A stretch of 64,000 nucleotides of DNA from Neodothiora populina (lineage: Eukaryota). Positions 38,144 to 51,122 of this stretch are shown in pieces (the first letter of the stretch is position 1; each line of letters opens with the position of its first letter). The notes beneath the pieces were generated by a model. That model made no database searches and was not told where the DNA came from. It worked only from the letters and a program-made list of their open reading frames with translations. The stretch lies in assembly GCF_041146345.1 (NCBI RefSeq), contig NW_027191417.1:372001-436000 (forward strand), read 5' to 3'. Made by a program: the position numbers and the translations under genes.

Positions 38144-39180
38144 TCGATTACGGGCACAGTCGCTGTACAATACCCCGGACGATTGGGAATCGAGAGAGAT
38201 ATTTGAGAAACAAAATTAGCACAATTGGGGGGGCAGTGTTGATTACAGATGGCGTGCCGTCCCTCCTGCGCTAAGACTAAGGAGAGGGTTTGCGGAGTCT
38301 TCGCTGTTTCGCTGTTTCGTCCAGTGCTCATCGTGGCTTGACTTCATCTTACATATATGCTGCCACAATGCTGCTATTGCTATTGCTAGAACATTGTCCA
38401 CCAGAGGCACGCAGTGTGGCAGAGTCATGCAGTCATGCAGCGATGCAGCCACAAACCACCTATTCACCGTTACCAGCATCTCAACATCTACAGTGAAGTA
38501 AAGATAGCACTTCGTACTCGTACCAGTGACTGTACAGAGACGGTGCGTGCAGTACAGGACATCCATGTACCCAACCCTGGGAAGACGGCCTGACAAACCC
38601 GGTCGCTAACCCCGGTAGTGACCTGAATCGATGGTTGGAACGATTCGCCCATAATTTGCATCAAGCCTTAACATAGTTTAACTCGACTTTTAAAGCGTGC
38701 TCGTGCTTGTGCCTTGTGCCTGGGCAACGAGGGGCCTGGCTACCTTACTGTACAGTAATGCCACTGGAACTGCTACCACCGCCACTGCCATGGGCCACTT
38801 GTAGCCCTGTGTTATCGATAACGGCGACACCCTGGCCACTACATCATACTTGTACGGAGAATCCTTCGGCCCGGCCGGTGTGCGGCAGCCGGCGTCGTCT
38901 ACCTCCGACCTCCGACATCCAAAGAGACGACCAGCGTCTGCCTAGACCGACGTGTGGAAACGACCTACATCATTATCAACATCATCATCATCGACAAATA
39001 CAACACTCTTTCATCAGAGTAGTCGCCAACACGGTATTCAGGCCGCCTACAAGCGTCTGTGTTCGCGCATATCCACCCATATCATCACCTGTGCGTTCGC
39101 CTCGTGCTGCGAGTTGCGTGTGGCTACGTAGCCATCTCGACGTCTCCGACACTGCGCGTCCCCCGCCTCCTCCACCCCCA

Positions 39181-39195
39181 ATGAGCGCAACATAA
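39181..39195 (+). promoter_or_regulatory. Candidate 4-codon uORF (MSAT*) overlapping the ADA2 start codon
   Basis: ATG AGC GCA ACA TAA; the last A of TAA is the A of the ADA2 ATG. Confidence 0.5.
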
Positions 39196-40866
39196 TGGGT
39201 CTAATCAAGAAGAAGACTGCGGTCAGGACTACCGAGGGAGGTATCAAATACATATGCGACATCTGTTCCTCGGACATCACCGCCACTGTGAGTCTTTCGC
39301 TCCCTGCATCTCGCACTGCAACACCTTGGCTGGACCAGTGGCCCGTGCTTTCATGGTTCAACAAATGGAGCTGACTCTGATAACAAATAGGTCCGCATCC
39401 GATGTGCCGACGACGTCTGCAGCGATTATGACCTCTGTGTCACCTGCTTTTCCGAGGGCAAATCGTCCGGCAAACACGATCCCACGTCGCATGCCTTCCA
39501 GGTCATCGAGCAACACTCAATCCCCATCTTCACCGAAGACTGGGGCGCGGACGAAGAACTGCTACTGCTCGAGGGTGCAGAGACGTACGGATTGGGCTCC
39601 TGGGCAGACATTGCCGACCACATTGGAGGTTACCGCACCAAAGACGAAGTTCGCGACCACTACATCGATACCTACATCAACAGTTCCAAGTTCCCACTTC
39701 CGGAGCGCGCCAGCCCACAGGACAGGACTCTGTTCGACACCATTCCCCGAGATGAGTTCCAGGCCAGGAAGAAGAGGAGGATCGAAGAGCGAAAAGATGC
39801 GCAGAAGAACCAGCCGCCGACCGATCCCAAGCAGAAACCCACCTCGAGTGTTCCTTCTTGTCACGAGGTGCAGGGTTTCATGCCCGGTCGTCTCGAGTTT
39901 GAGACCGAGTATTTCAACGAGGCGGAAGAGGCTGTTCAGCACATGCAGTTTGAGCCTGGCGATGGCATCAACCCCATCACTGGTCAGATGGAGCCCGAGA
40001 TGGAGCTGAAGGTGGTTGTCATGGACATCTACAACCATCGCTTGACATCCAGAGTCGAGCGAAAAAAGATTCTCTTCGAGCACAATCTCCTCGAATATCG
40101 CAAGAATGCCGCCGCGGACAAGAAACGCACCAAGGAGGAGAGGGAGCTGCACAATAAGATGAAGCCCTTTGCCAGAATGATGAACCGAGCCGACTTTGAG
40201 CATTTCAATGCGGGTATCGAGTATGAACACGACCTGCGTCAGGCTATCACCCAGCTCCAGGAATGGCGCCGCATGCAGATCAAGGACCTGAAATCGGGAG
40301 AAAAGTATGAGCAAGAGAAGGCTCAACGACTTGCTCGTCTTGCCGCAAATTCGGTCGATCGCTTCTCGTCCAGTCTTGGCCGCATGAACAAGCCGAGCGC
40401 GCAGGAGCCGCCCTCTCAGGCCAGCCAGCTGGTTGCGCCTGAGTTGCCACCAAAACCAGAGACAGGCACCGGATTGCAGACTCCACCCGATTCTGCTTCT
40501 CCTGCCGTCGCAGCTAGCGTCAACGGAAATAAAGATGGCAAATCAGTCAATGGAGCCAATGGGGTGTCGGCATCGCAGCCTCGCTTCCCATTGCAACCCC
40601 TGGACAAAGTGCCACGTCTGGAGCTTACGCAAGACAACTCGCCCGACATGCATTTGCTGACTCCCGACGAGAAGAATGTCTGCGAGAAACTGCGGCTCAG
40701 CAGCAAAGCGTACATGGTGATGAAAGAGGCCATCCTCAGGGAAGCACTGAAAACCAACGGCAATCTCAAACGCAAGAACGTCAAGGAGATTTGTAGAATA
40801 GATACCACCAAGGCGGGCAAGTTGTTTGATTTCTTCTGCTGGAGTGGCTGGATCGCTAAAGGCTGA
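39195..40866 (+). CDS. ADA2: SAGA complex transcriptional adaptor Ada2
   Basis: ZZ finger ([26 protein letters not shown]) across intron 39288-39390, SANT domain ([23 protein letters not shown]), [10 protein letters not shown] and a C-terminal SWIRM domain. Confidence 0.97.
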
Positions 40867-41688
40867 GCTGGCTGTCATATGACCACGGAAGATCATGTGG
40901 TAGGAAATCTGGAGTTGGTGACACGAGGGAAAAGCTTCGCCATTGTTGTTTTATTATTACCGATACCCTGGGATGGAGTTTGATTGATTTTGGTGGAATG
41001 GCGCAAACAAGGCGGGCCAACGAGTACGGCATGGTTCAGTCAGGCCTCCTAAGTGATGAAAATTGGTGATGATGGGAAAGAAGTCGAATTGATGAGCAAA
41101 TGACAGAATTAGAGAAGAGAGTGACACCATTAAAGTGAAAATGATTACATCAACACTACAAGCACTGACAGGGCCAACCTTTCCGCCCGACGCAGTGATG
41201 AGTGAGATGCATTGAGCTCCTCGTGCTGCTGCAGTAACGCTGTATTGGTCCACGACCAAGGTAAGGTAACCTGAGGATAGCGGATTGACGAGTAATAATG
41301 CAAGGTACAAGCATCCATCAATCATCAATAATGCCATAGATCCGAGATTCAGGCGAAGGCAGCCGAGGCGCCGGAAGCTGACCTCCCTGGCTTGTGATGA
41401 TAGGCCCAGAGGCCTCATTCACTAGTGACGAGGCCCTCACAACACTACCCTAGATTATCTCGCATGTGCCCGTCTACTTGATTGTACATAATATTTTTAC
41501 CCTGACGCTTGTGTTATTATACCCATTTGCATTTGGCTCATTTGGCGATTTCTTGGTCTGGTTTCGGATTGAATATGATGCGGTGAAAAGTTGTTGTTAC
41601 TGCCTCACCTCTCTCTCCCATTTCACTTTGCCTTCCGTCTATCATACCTTGTTCCACCTTACCTCGGCGATAAGGCGGCGCAACCACC

Positions 41689-43538
41689 ATGATGCATCCC
41701 AGACTTGTTCGTCCGGGCTATCACTCCGCTACAAGGCTAGTATGCGAGAGCAACAGTAGACTAGCTCTGCGAAGAAATATACAAGCCGGGCGTGCCGCTC
41801 GTTCGTGTAAACAGCCGCAGCCCCAGCCCCAGCCGCATCAACGACAGCAACAACGCTGTTTAGCATCATGGAGCCAGCCGCGAGTGCAGAACGACAGCCA
41901 TTGTGTCAGGACAGATGGAAGGGGAGTCGCAAGATCAAGCAGACAGTTTGCGACCATGTCCGAGTACAGAAGCAGTATGGCGCTCCTTCCGATTGTAGAT
42001 AAACGTGCCAGTTGCACTAACAAACGATGCACCATAGGCGAATACCACAGAGGCCCCATTGCCGAGTACGATTTCAGAGTGAAAAATGGAACATTGAGAA
42101 ACGATGACCATCAGAGGAGTATGCGCATAGAACCGAACATTCATCATGCGGTCCGAGTCTGACCATGCATTCAGCACTTATCCAAGCCCTTCAAGACCTT
42201 CACGATGAGCTTGCCGAGTACACTGCGCCGCCGGTCCAGATTCCCTCTATCGAGTCTTTACAACCAAAACAGACCTCTTTCTTCGGACGCATGTTCGGCA
42301 GCGGCGGATCCGCAAGCTCCCAGACAGCACTCGACATTCCCGATAGCCTACCCAAGGGCATGTACATGTACGGCGACGTGGGAAGCGGCAAGACAATGAT
42401 GATGGACCTCTTCCACGATACCCTACCGCCGAACATCAAGGCCAAGAAGCGTATCCACTTCCACAACTTCATGCAAGAAGTGCATCGCGACATCCATAAG
42501 ATCAAGTTGAAGCACGGCAACGACATCGATGCCATTCCCTTTGCAGCCGCCCAGATCGCCAACGAGGCTTCGGTGTTGTGTTTCGATGAGTTCCAATGCA
42601 CCGACGTAGCAGACGCAATGATTCTCCGCAGACTCGTCGAGTCACTGATGCACCACGGCACTGTCATCGTCACAACGTCCAATCGCCATCCTACCGAACT
42701 CTACAAGAACGGTGTTCAGCGCGACTCGTTCATTCCCTGCATCAATCTTCTATTGCAGCGTCTCACCGTCATCAACCTTGACAGCACGACCGACTACCGC
42801 AAGATCCCACGCCCAGCCTCAGGTGTATACCACCATCCGCTCGACAAGGCCGCCAAGACTCACGCGGAGAACTGGTTCAAATACTTTGGCGACCTTGAGA
42901 CAGATCCTCCACACCCAGCCACTCACACGGTATGGGGACGTCCAATCCATGTTCCCCACGCAAGTGGTAAAGCATGCATGTTTGACTTCGAAGAGCTGCT
43001 AGGTGCAGGCAGCGCGACGGGAGCCGCCGACTACATCGAACTGATGCGCAACTACCACGCCTTCGTCGTGACCAACGTGCCTCAGATGGACTACAGAAGC
43101 CGAGACGTAGCGCGACGCTTCATCACCTTCATCGACGCCGTCTACGAATCCCACGCGAAACTAGTCTTGACCACCGCTGTGCCCCTGACTCAACTCTTCC
43201 TCAGCCGCGCCCAAGTCGACACCGTCCTCGCCTCGGCAGCAAAGGGCGGCAACCCGACAGCAAAGCAAGTACGAGCCGACGGCGACGACGTCGACGACGC
43301 CATGCGCATGATGATGGACGACCTGGGTATGACCATGGACATGATGAAGAAGAGCAATTTCTTCTCCGGCGACGAAGAAGCCTTTGCGTTCGCCCGTGCG
43401 CTGAGTCGATTGAGTGAGATGCAGGGCAAGCCGTGGGTCGAGAGGGGCATGGGTCTCGCTATGGGCGCTGTTCCCGGCAAGAAGGACGTCGACAACTATT
43501 CAAAGACGAGAAGCAAGTGGTCAGAGGATAACGCGTAG
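41689..43538 (+). CDS. AFG1: Mitochondrial AFG1/ZapE-family ATPase
   Basis: Arg-rich presequence, introns 41975-42037 and 42119-42174, Walker A GDVGSGKT, Walker B LCFDEFQ, TTSNRHP, ARRFITFIDAVY and FAFARALSRLSEM. Confidence 0.95.
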
Positions 43539-43933
43539 AGCGTTTCTTTTTCTGCTTGGTATCCACAAATTCGGCTACTTTGAATTGCATGTGTATCTGT
43601 GTTATGGTCGGCTTAGATGATTTCATACGAAAGGTGCTTGTACATATGCTGCACGAATTGAAGAAAAATAACAATCTACTTGAGCTTTTGATCGCGTCCT
43701 ACTCTAGACCACGCAAATGTGTCTCTCACCCGTATAAAATTTCCCAAGAAGAAAGCCAGGGTCGCCCTCCCATCGACTCAACTTCCAATTTCACAGTCCC
43801 TACTCATCCACGCAGCAACTCCATTCCCTCAACCTTCTCCACCCAAACACCTCAGAAACCCACAATCCACGCGACAAAGAAGCAAAACGCGAAGATCTCA
43901 AGGAGAGAGGGAGAAAAACAAAAAGAAAGAACA

Positions 43934-44026
43934 GGCTCCAACCGCGATTCGAACGCGGGACCTCACGCAATTAGTGAACTCAGGGTGTAGCCCTAAGCGT
44001 GAATCATACCCCTAGACCATCGGAGC
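43934..44026 (-). tRNA. tRNA-Pro(AGG) with 21-nt intron
   Basis: GCTCCGA/TTGGAGC acceptor stem, TGGTCTAGGGGTATGA D arm, CACGC-TTAGGG anticodon arm, intron 43970-43990, GTTCGAATC T loop, and a downstream T5 Pol III terminator. Confidence 0.95.
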
Positions 44027-44725
44027 TACTTGTTCTTGATGGAGATTGAGGGCGCTGGATTGGATAATGAATCTTCAACTTCGCCGTACGTCGGGTTTGC
44101 CAGTGAGAGTCTGGTAGTGATGGGAAAGCTGAGGTGTTGCGTGGACGAGGAAGTGGGAGATGGAGAACTTTTGGTCTGGAGAAGATATGGATGAAGAGTC
44201 GGAAGGAAGAAGAGGCAGTAAGTACGCGGCTCTTACATGCAGCTTGGGGGAAAGACTAGGTAGTGAAAGTCATGCTTTGGGATTAGATGAATTGATCGAT
44301 TGCATCATCATTCTTATCGCCGTCTAGGTTTACGACGGCGAATACAGGCAGATATGTCAAGTCTTGCAAACTACGCAAAGATGAATCAGATGGAAGATCA
44401 GTGACAATAGCAGTAATTGTATTGAAACATATCTCGATGAGGGCTACTCGCGAATAGATGGAAGTTGAGGAATGCGCCTTCAACTTGGGTGGGTGAAACT
44501 CCGCGTGCAGCACATACCTTATTCAACGCTGAAGTAAAGCATAAGCGCAGGCTTACCGTACCTTACCTAGCTTTTAGTTGAATCTAGAAAGAAAAAAAGG
44601 GTTATCGTTACGTCTAGACCTCCCCGCCATGCGTGTACGTACAACTGCAACGGAGATATTTGAGATGAGTTGGTATCAATGGCCAATGGGTGGACAACAG
44701 AGACAAAACAAAAAGATGATGTTCT

Positions 44726-44832
44726 GGGCGCAACCGGGATTTGAACCCGGGGCCTCCTGCAAACACGTTCTTTTGAAACGAGGATGCTTCAGTTCACCCG
44801 AAGCAGGAATCATACGACTAGACCATTGCGCC
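44726..44832 (-). tRNA. tRNA-Pro(CGG) with 35-nt intron
   Basis: GGCGCAA/TTGCGCC acceptor stem, CCTGC-TTCGGG anticodon arm, intron 44762-44796, GGTTCAAATCC T arm, and a downstream T5 terminator. Confidence 0.92.
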
Positions 44833-45806
44833 GAACGTGATGGTTAGCAAAATTTGGCAACACATATTCCTTGGTACTTAGCAAATGTGGGACGTTCAAT
44901 TCCTTATCAGCCGTTAGCTATTCGCAAATGCTCAGTCATGAATAACGGTCCAATGGTGTAGGCTATCTTTACCGTCTCCCAATCTCATACTAGATACTCG
45001 AGTGGCTGAGTGTTCGCAGTCCATCGAAGAAAACGTATTGTATAATGCTTGAGGTGCCTTTCAAACCAACCTCTGCACCGTGGCAGAATATGAGACTATG
45101 TGAAGAATACCACAGGAGGGACAGGGTTAGCCTCGAGCAGCTGTGCCCTGACGAGTTGACTTGGGGTACTGGATATGATGTGGGGCATGTTGTGCTTTTC
45201 CCTTCTCCGAAACAGGCTGTCTTGCGAACAATTCATAACCCCAAGCATGTCCAATGCAATATCTGGTCTCTATACTCTGTGCTGTACCAATCTACGGACC
45301 CTTGCATACCTCCCACATTGTTGTCTCTTCAATTTGTCCTTGTGATTGACAATCAATGCAAGCGTCCGACTCCGGAGCTGCGGAAACATGCTTAACCAAT
45401 CCCGACCCCATGGGCAAGCTTGGCTGTAAAGCTGTTTCGCGATGGTGGGTCCTGCAGGTACAGGAACACGCAAGCCACTGACGACGATCTCACTGCGCTC
45501 AGTACAGGCGGTCTTACCTGATTTGGTGATGGACTAGCATGTGCTCCGTACGCCTGACACCCCTTCGTCAAGGCAAGATATGCCCGAGGTCGATAGTCTT
45601 CCAAGACTAAACGTGCTGGCAGAGAGGTCACCCGGACACCCTTCAGTTCCATCTCGCTTTCAGATGAGTGCGCTACTGAGGTAGCTCTTTCCCTTACACC
45701 TCTCTCAGCCAACTATCTTATCGTGAGACGGTCTGTCTTGTGTTCATTGTTATCAGTGTCTATTGCATACAGCCTAGTTTTTCCCTTGTAGTAGGGGCAG
45801 GTAGAG

Positions 45807-48424
45807 ATGAGATCCAGTTTATCATTCGCTGCCGTAGCAGCTTCGCTTTTCTGCGAGTCTCAAGCTTCCGTTTTGACCCCTCCGGTTCTTCCGTTGATCG
45901 TACGCAACCCATACCTCTCTACATGGCTGGCCAATGCAAGAGAGGAGCCATGGACTAAATGGCCTATGTTCTACACTGGGCAAGAGGTAGGTTATCGCTA
46001 CACTACTGCAGCACTTTTAGCTATAGCTTTACAAAGATTGATCGTCTCTCTAGATTGGATTTTCTGTGCTTGCTAGTGTGCCAGAGGCTAGTACTTCTTA
46101 TCCATTGCTAGGAAGGCCTCAGGATTCGCTCCGAGAGGGAGACGGGTGAGTTTGGTGGTCATACTCGCTGTAGACAATTGCTGAATGCTGCAAAGATACA
46201 ATGTCTCGTACCCCACGTACAAAGGCGCCAATTACGATGCTTCGATCACCAACCTGACCTATTCCATTCCTTCTCCCGACTCGAACTCTGGTTCTGCTGA
46301 GCTTATCCTGTCATTCCTGTCACCCGTGACCCCTACATCGACTCTGCGGCAGTCGATACCGGCCTCTTACTTGTCCATCTATGTTACTGGCAGCTTTGAC
46401 ATTGATGTATACGTTGATGTCAATGGCCAGTGGGTTAGTGGAGACAGAGAGAGTGAGATCACATGGGCTCTAGAGGAGAACGACGCCGAAGAAAAGGCCA
46501 AGAAGCTGAAGACATGGACTGTCAAGAGGAGGGATGAATTACTGTTTACTGAAAACGGCGATCGTGCCGAATGGGGTACTCTAAGATTCACGGGACCTGC
46601 TGTAAGCATCCTTGAATGTCTTAATATTGATGGCGGAACTAATAATGTTAGGATGTCCGTCATGAATGTGGTACATCTGCCCTCCTTCGTCAGGCCTTCT
46701 CACGCACTGGTACTCTGCAAGACCAGGTGGACTCCGATTTCCGAGAGATCATGGACGAGGAGCCAGTGTTTGCATTCGCAAAGTCCTTCAAGCTTGCTTC
46801 AAACTCTTCAGACCTCAACACCTCCAAGTCAGATGTGACTTCTGATAGTGTGTTGTTCACCGTCGCCCACATCCAGGACCCAGTCACACAGTATGCATCT
46901 GCTCGTGGTCTTACAAACATGCGTCCACTGTGGAAATCTTGGTATTACACTGATGAAGAGCTGACCACATTCCACTACCATGATTTCAAGCAAGCCTCTG
47001 CACTCGCACAGAACTACTCCGATCAGTTGGCCGTTGACGCGTATGCTTCAGGTTCGGACTCTTACGTGGACATAGTCGCATTGTCTGCACGCCAAACAAT
47101 GGGCGCTACCAGCTTCTCTGGAACCGCTGATAATCCTATCTTGTTCCTGAAGGAAATCTCCTCCAACGGTAATAGTCAGACGGTAGATGTGATCTTCCCT
47201 GCTTTTCCGTTCTTCCTGTACACCCAGCCGCGTTGGTTGGCCTACCTGCTTGAGCCTCTCCTGGAGCATATGCTCAGTGGACAATACCCAAACAACTATA
47301 GCATGCACGATCTTGGTACCCACTTCCCTAACTTGACTGGTCATGCGGACGGGAATGATGAATACATGCCCGTGGAAGAGTGTGGAGACATGCTTATCAT
47401 GGGCCTTGCTCTGGTCAACTCTCTCACTTACGGCTCTGGTCAAGATGCTCAGTCCATCTGGTCAGCACTCGGTTCAGACCATATCCCTAAACCAGACAGT
47501 ATTAGCCCGTTCGCGTTGGCGACACTCGAGACACGGGATGAGATCTCCGGCCTCGACGAACGATGGGGAGGCTCAACACAAGGCGTCAAGCAGGCCCGCA
47601 AGTGGCTGGGGAAGTCGTACAAGCTCTGGAAGCAGTGGACTGGATATCTTGTTGAATTCACTCTTGAGCCTCACAATCAACTTTCAACCGATGACTTTGC
47701 CGGCTGGCTCGCACTTCATACGAATCTCGCGCTCAAAGGTATCGTAGGTATCCATGCCATGAGTGAGCTTGCGGTCGTCATGGACGAGCACGACGATTCG
47801 AAATACTACCGCAACGTAAGCGAAGCATACATAAAACATTGGGAGAAACGCGCCATATCCCGTGACGGAACGCACGCAAAGCTCGCATACGACTGGTATG
47901 GCAGCTGGACCACGCTGTACTCTCTCTACGCCGACGCTCTCCTCTGCTTCCACCCATCAACAGCAAACTCATCCTCCACATTCGCTACATCAGGAAACAC
48001 CAACGACCACCAAACCCCTCTTAATGAGAAAGATCAAAAGCCCATTAAGCCTCCAACCCAGAACTTCATCCCTGACCACATCTACTCGATCCAAAGCACC
48101 TGGTACACAGAAGTCATGCAAAAGTACGGCCTACCCCTCGACAACCGCCACTTGTACACCAAAACGGACTGGGAATTTGAAGCTGCTGCTGTCGCCTCGA
48201 CAAAGACGCGTACCCAGATCCTCGGCGCCGTCAGCCAATGGTTGAACGAGACCGACACGGACAGACCCTTCACTGACTTGCATGACACGGAGGGTAAAGG
48301 CGGTTTCCCTGGGCCGAACTTCTTCGCTAGACCTGTCGTCGGCGCTCATTTTGCTTTCTTGACGCTTGAGAGGGCGTGTGGTGGTACTGCTATGGAAGGG
48401 CTGAAGTTCTTGGATGATGAGTGA
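45807..48424 (+). CDS. gtaA: Secreted glutaminase GtaA-family protein
   Basis: Signal peptide, PPVLPLIVRNPYLSTW, LSFLSPVTP..LRQSIPASY, DRAEWG, FLKEISSNGNSQTVDVIFP, MPVEECGDMLI and QLSTDDFAG. Introns 45987-46053, 46146-46195 and 46602-46651. Confidence 0.9.
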
Positions 48425-48763
48425 TTTTGATTGAATGCTGAGAGGTGGTGAAGTGTGAAGCACTCAATGTTGGATCTTCCTTCCCTGTCGTCTTGGGACA
48501 GGGATGCTCGTTGTCAAACTTGACTGAACACCTGGTAATTGACAGCCATCTGCCTGACTGTTCGGCTCGAGATCTTTGGGGGCGCGAAGTCTGCATTCAG
48601 TGGACTCTGATTCTCTTTCCCATCCGAGGTTCACTCGCACATTATGACTCTCATGAACGGCCTAGCTTACTTTATTGCTCTGTCTTGTTTTATATAGCAA
48701 CAGCTTATCGGAACCGATCTTTGATTTTTCTTATGACGCTCTCTCGTTTGATGCCCCTATGAT

Positions 48764-50380
48764 TTACCAAGACTCTCTTGCAGCCGTGTACTTCTGTGTT
48801 TCAACCTTAGCGTCATCCTCGGACACTACGTCACTTCTCTTCCTGACGCTCTTGTCAAGAGCTTTCATAACAAGCCTGCCGCTTTCATCCCTCGTGCATC
48901 CTGCTACAGCCTCGGTCTCGACATGGTCAGAATCGAGGATATCGTCGTCGTTCGTAGTCTGCTTCAGTGGACTGGGGGTGTTGAGGATCCACAGTCTGGC
49001 GACGTCGACACTTTCTCGTTTCCCGGGACTTGTTCGTCTAGTGATATCACCTCGGTCTGATCCCTCTCCCCCTCCTACAGTAGCGTCGGTGTCTGACACT
49101 GAGCTTGACTCGGACACAAGATCGAAGTCAAAGTCGAAGTCTGAGACTGATGTACAGAGAGGATATGGTGATCCATGGGAAGACCTATCGGGTTCCCTCA
49201 TGTTGGAGCGGTTATCTTCCTTTTTCGGTGAGTGGGGTTCGTTGAAGGTAGAGCTGGGGACCAGACGTATGGTCGGGGGGACCGAGAGACGCCGTGCCAT
49301 GATCTTGTCGTCTTGACTTGACTTGAGTTCAGGCTCAGGCGTGGGTGCCAGCTCGCATGGTTCGTCGCTTTGATGATCTTCTTGTGTCTCTGCGGGACTC
49401 GTGGTAGAAGTGTCTACGTCAACCCCAGGCTTGCAAAGTGGCTGATCCACTGCGTTAGGTAGTGAGGCAGGGAAAATGCCGAGGGCGTTAAGTGTGTCTT
49501 CGTGTACTTTAGCACTGAGGTACAAGATGTCGGGGCACAGAACAGACCTCTACTTCGCAAGTGGTAACGAAATGTGATGAATGGCTCATCTATAGCATCG
49601 ATGAGAGCGTATTGGTAGTAACGCTGGGGTTGGTGGTTCTTGAGATACCCAATTTTGACCAGACTGGGAGTGGATTAGCTTATATGACAGTCAGTGCTCT
49701 GACTGACATGAGACTCACTCAATTTCATCTTTGCCCCTCTTCGCAGCCTGCATCTCAGAAAAGTGTCGACTTATCCTGCGCCTCCCTTTGGCCCTGAAGA
49801 TCTGAACATCGAAGGAACCTTCCGAGGCAGCACGATGCGAGAACCAGAACCCCCTTTTGTCTATCCTGCTCGTACCTTCCCAGTCATCTTCTCCGCGGAA
49901 CAGGCCAAATTCAGTCTTGCCTCTCCACTTCTCTCGAGCACCAACTCCCCATGCAATGGTGGACTTCTTGCTCGTGTGAACATCTGTTGTGCCTGTTCGC
50001 GCAGTGAGGGGAAGCATGACTTTGAAGTAGATGTACTTGACTTTTGACGCCTGTGGAGTTGCCGGAGATGAACACGACATAGATGATGCTGCGTCTACCA
50101 GCTCCTGATGATTGACGAGATAAGAGAACCAGAATTGACTATTCGGATAAGTTTGAACCACAACCTCCAGTACCCTATGCAAATCGCTATCGTTGGACGC
50201 AGGGCTGCCTTGCGCGTCTGTGCCTGTCTGTTCACTTGCAGATGATGATACTGGTGTGGAAGCGTCATCGCATCTTCTTGGTTGGCATCGTGGCGTCGAA
50301 GAGGGAATGGGGTACTCATCAATACGCTTGACGTCGTATTGCGACTCAAGCTCTAAGTAGACTCCGCAATACTTCGGCAT
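48764..50380 (-). CDS. Conserved-type fungal hypothetical protein (beta-rich N-terminal domain, disordered acidic tail)
   Basis: Introns 49664-49718 and 49498-49547 join three exons in frame: MPKYCGVYLELESQYD..SQFWFSY..YIYFKV..WGVG..QIFRAKGRRR..YYQYALIDAIDEPFITFRYHLRS..LNALGI. The middle exon is missing from the ORF track. Confidence 0.7.
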
Positions 50381-51122
50381 GCTGGCTTCATCACCTTGTT
50401 CGTTATAAAGATGACGTCCTGGCGAGAGAATGAGTGTCATGCAAGGTCCAAGAGGAGCAATGTGAAGCACGGAAAGGTAGGGACGTTGGCCCTTGCAACT
50501 TCCCATGTAAGACCACTCACCCTCACCCAAAGTTTGACATTGTCACGCGAGCAGAACTAGTAATTCAAGAACGTGGGGTGGGTTTTGTAAGTTTTTTTTT
50601 TTTTTGATTGTCTTGTGAAAACCTCTACTTTGAAATATAGAAATGGTATCGAGCTATGATGAAAAAGCAAACATCATGCGCAGCGACTGCACGGAAACAG
50701 ACACAACATCAGGAGAGAATTGCTGTGCCCTCGATTCCTGCGCCTGTCCTCTACTTGCAGCGTACTCTGTCCACCTAGTTGCACAGCCGCGTGACATCGC
50801 GACAAGTGCACTGTAAAAGTGGCGACGGGCGGCAAAGAGTGATCTGGATATCGTAACCAGAGGCGAACATAGGGGTGAATGATGCACCTAGAGATGTTTC
50901 GGTGCGGTGAACTTGGTTATCGATAGAACCCAAGTGAATCGGAAATGGGGAAGGATCTGCTTCAGCATGCTGTCATAGACAGACTTGAAGACTTTTCAGT
51001 TGAGATACAAGGAATAACGGGACGCAAGGCCAGCGGTGTGGAGGGGTTGATGCGGGGCGAAAAGGTATGCCGCGCCGTGTTCAATGGATGGCAGACGATT
51101 AAGGACGGCGTCTCTCAGCAAA

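Noticed and set aside
45122..45131. AGGGTTAG telomere-like word, possible telomerase RNA template
   Set aside because: A single 8-mer is expected by chance, with no supporting structure seen.
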